A DNA stretch of 64,000 bases from positions 496,001 through 560,000 of the forward strand of contig NW_027117352.1 of NCBI RefSeq assembly GCF_038025025.1, given 5' to 3'. Source of the stretch: Phyllosticta citribraziliensis (Eukaryota). Position 1 is the first letter of the stretch; each line of letters opens with the position of its first letter. The notes under the pieces are model-generated. The model searched no databases, had not been told where the DNA came from, and was given only the letters and a program-made list of their open reading frames with translations. A program made the translations under genes and the position numbers. This document shows positions 61,999-64,000 of this stretch, one piece after another.

Positions 61999-62441
61999 GT
62001 AAGAGATTGGATCACTACCGCTCAAGAAGGCCATTCGCTTCAAGAGGCTGGGGACAGTGAATGAAAATGAGGATGACGTCGACAATATCTAGGGAAAGTG
62101 GGGTGTCGATGTACAATCATGGCTCATGGTATCCGGAGTTTGCATGCTCCATAGAAAGCGCTTGTTAGCTGCGCTAATGGAATTACAGAAACCAGTTCTA
62201 ATCCTAGAATTCGATTCCAGTCTCACCTCAGGCTCAGCCGTTATCTGCGTCCAGTGTGCGAGCTTTGACCATGATCACATGGATAGGCAGTGCCATGCCA
62301 ATATCGTCGCTCGTGAACTTCTCAATCGATTCTATTTTCTCAAATCTTGATCAAAACAAGCACAGTCCCAAGGCCATTACAGTCTACCAAAGCGTACGCC
62401 ATCTAGTCACAAAATTTTGGACTTTCTCTTTGAACCGTTGC

Positions 62442-64000
62442 TCATCTTCTCGTCAAATCGGCGCGCATTTTGCCAGCAAGCTCCTTGAAGAAGCCCAACG
62501 TCTCGACCACGGGCAAGACGGTCGAAATGAAGGTGCTCGTAAAGACCCAGAGAAACGAAATCACGACCCACGCAGTGAAGAAGCCCTTGGAAAAGACGTA
62601 CTCGCTGAAAAACATGGGCATCGGCACCAGAATGACCATGATGAAGCTCAGCGTGTAAGAGGCAATGCATGCGGTCTTGTAGGCGCCGGCCAGGGATCGC
62701 GGGTCGTCGAGGGGCGCGGTGGCGGCGGCTTCGAGCGGCGTCGCCGAGTGCACGGCGACGTCCTGGTCGCCCTTGGCCATGTCGTTGCCGCTCTTCTCCG
62801 GCTCGTCGCCGCCTGCGGCCACCGTCTGAGGCGGCGTGGCAGAGTCCGGTGAGTTGCTGTCTCCCGCCGCGGTGGCGTTGTTGATGGCGCGCGTGATTTC
62901 CCAGTCGAACGGCTGCGGGTCCGGCAGCGCGAGCGACACGACGACGGTCACGATCAAGCCCATCATGATCGCGGCCAGGTTCCCAGCGAGCGTTGGGTAC
63001 TGGAGGCCCGTGGTGTGAAGAGTGAGCTCACCGTAGAGGGCCTTGGCCGTGGCCAGCCACGCGATGATGCCGGCGGCGAAGCCGACGACGGCTCCCAAGA
63101 TGCATCCCATGCGCGTCTGCCCGCGCCAGGTGATGGCAAAGGCGCAGGGGAAGACACCGCCGCCAATCAGCAGGCCCATGACGAGGTACAGCCAGCCCAG
63201 GTCGATGCCGATGGCGTCCCAGATGCACGCAAAGATGGCCATGGCGAGCCCGAAGATGCAGATGCACACGTGACTGACGAAGATGAGCGAGGATGGCGTC
63301 GCTTGCGGCTTCAGGTACGTCTTGTATATGTCAAAGGTCAGGATGGAGCTGACGGCGATGAGCTCGGCGCTGGCGCACGACGTCACCGCCATGAATAGCA
63401 CGACAAGCAGAGCAGCGGCGCCGCTCTTGCCGAGGAGCGCTGCCGCAGAGAAGGCTGCCGCCAGTCCGGCAGAGATATCGCTCTCGGTGGGCTTGTTGGG
63501 GTACGTGGGGAAGTTCGGGTTGTCAGTCAAGGCGACGGCAGCGAGGCCCAACGTCGTGCTGAAGCCGAACGGAATGGCAAACCATGCGATGCCACCCATG
63601 ATGTACGCTCTCACGGCGGTGCTGGGTCGCGAGGCGATGGCGCGCTGCCAGTAGGCCTGGTCGAGGAAGACAGTGCCGCTGCCGGCGCACAGCTGGATGA
63701 CGCCGAAGACGAGGCCCTTGTTGGACTTGATGGTGACGTAAGAGCCGTCCTTGTTGCCCTCGACAGGCATCTTTTCGCCGGCAGCGACCAGGAGATCGTA
63801 CATCTTCGACGGAGAGCCGATCAGGTCGCTGGTGGCGTAGGCATGGAACATGAAAAACAGGATGATGATCATGAGGATCAGAGTGTGGGAGTAGTCGCCT
63901 TGGAGTTGAGCGTAAGTTTGAATTCACCCCCTTTTGGCGATTTGTCACTTACAGAGGAATGTCGCCCGTAGCCCTCCCAAGACCACGTACAAACACACGC
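62442..64000 (-). CDS. DUR3: Urea/polyamine active transporter (SSS family), 5' end outside window
   Basis: GGLRATFL-intron-DYSHT; IGSPSKMYDLL; GTVFLDQAYWQRAIAS; WFAIPFGFSTTLGL; FMAVTSCASAELIAVSSILTFDIY; many TM helices. Confidence 0.92.

Overview
GC-rich, intron-containing nuclear DNA of a filamentous ascomycete. Short GT-AG introns with CTRAY branch points and many simple repeats support this; a Dothideomycete origin is only my impression. Sixteen conserved genes are recognisable from motifs: folliculin/LST7, SPT10-like GNAT, GH55 exo-beta-1,3-glucanase, TIP20/RINT-1, NOP9, a group II PLP decarboxylase, EXO1, TMA16, MAM33, CTP1, DUF2434, a Zn2Cys6 transcription factor, an F-box/YccV (FBXO21-like) protein, complex I NDUFA9, RPN9 and a 5'-truncated DUR3. 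Many sit in tight head-to-head pairs. The most unusual part is a ~10 kb island (about 32.7-42.7 kb) between the decarboxylase and EXO1. It holds a ~1002-aa secreted precursor with repeated Cys-pair and helical modules separated by L-x-[KR]-R Kex2-type sites. Around it lie three diverged, spliced paralogues of a small membrane-protein gene, two of which form an inverted repeat bracketing the precursor, plus several short exact repeats. Smaller points: a GC-AG intron, an unusually long and foldable TMA16 intron, C-homopolymer introns and a RIP-like relic. All gene names come from my recognition of motifs, not from database searches, and all splice models were built by hand.
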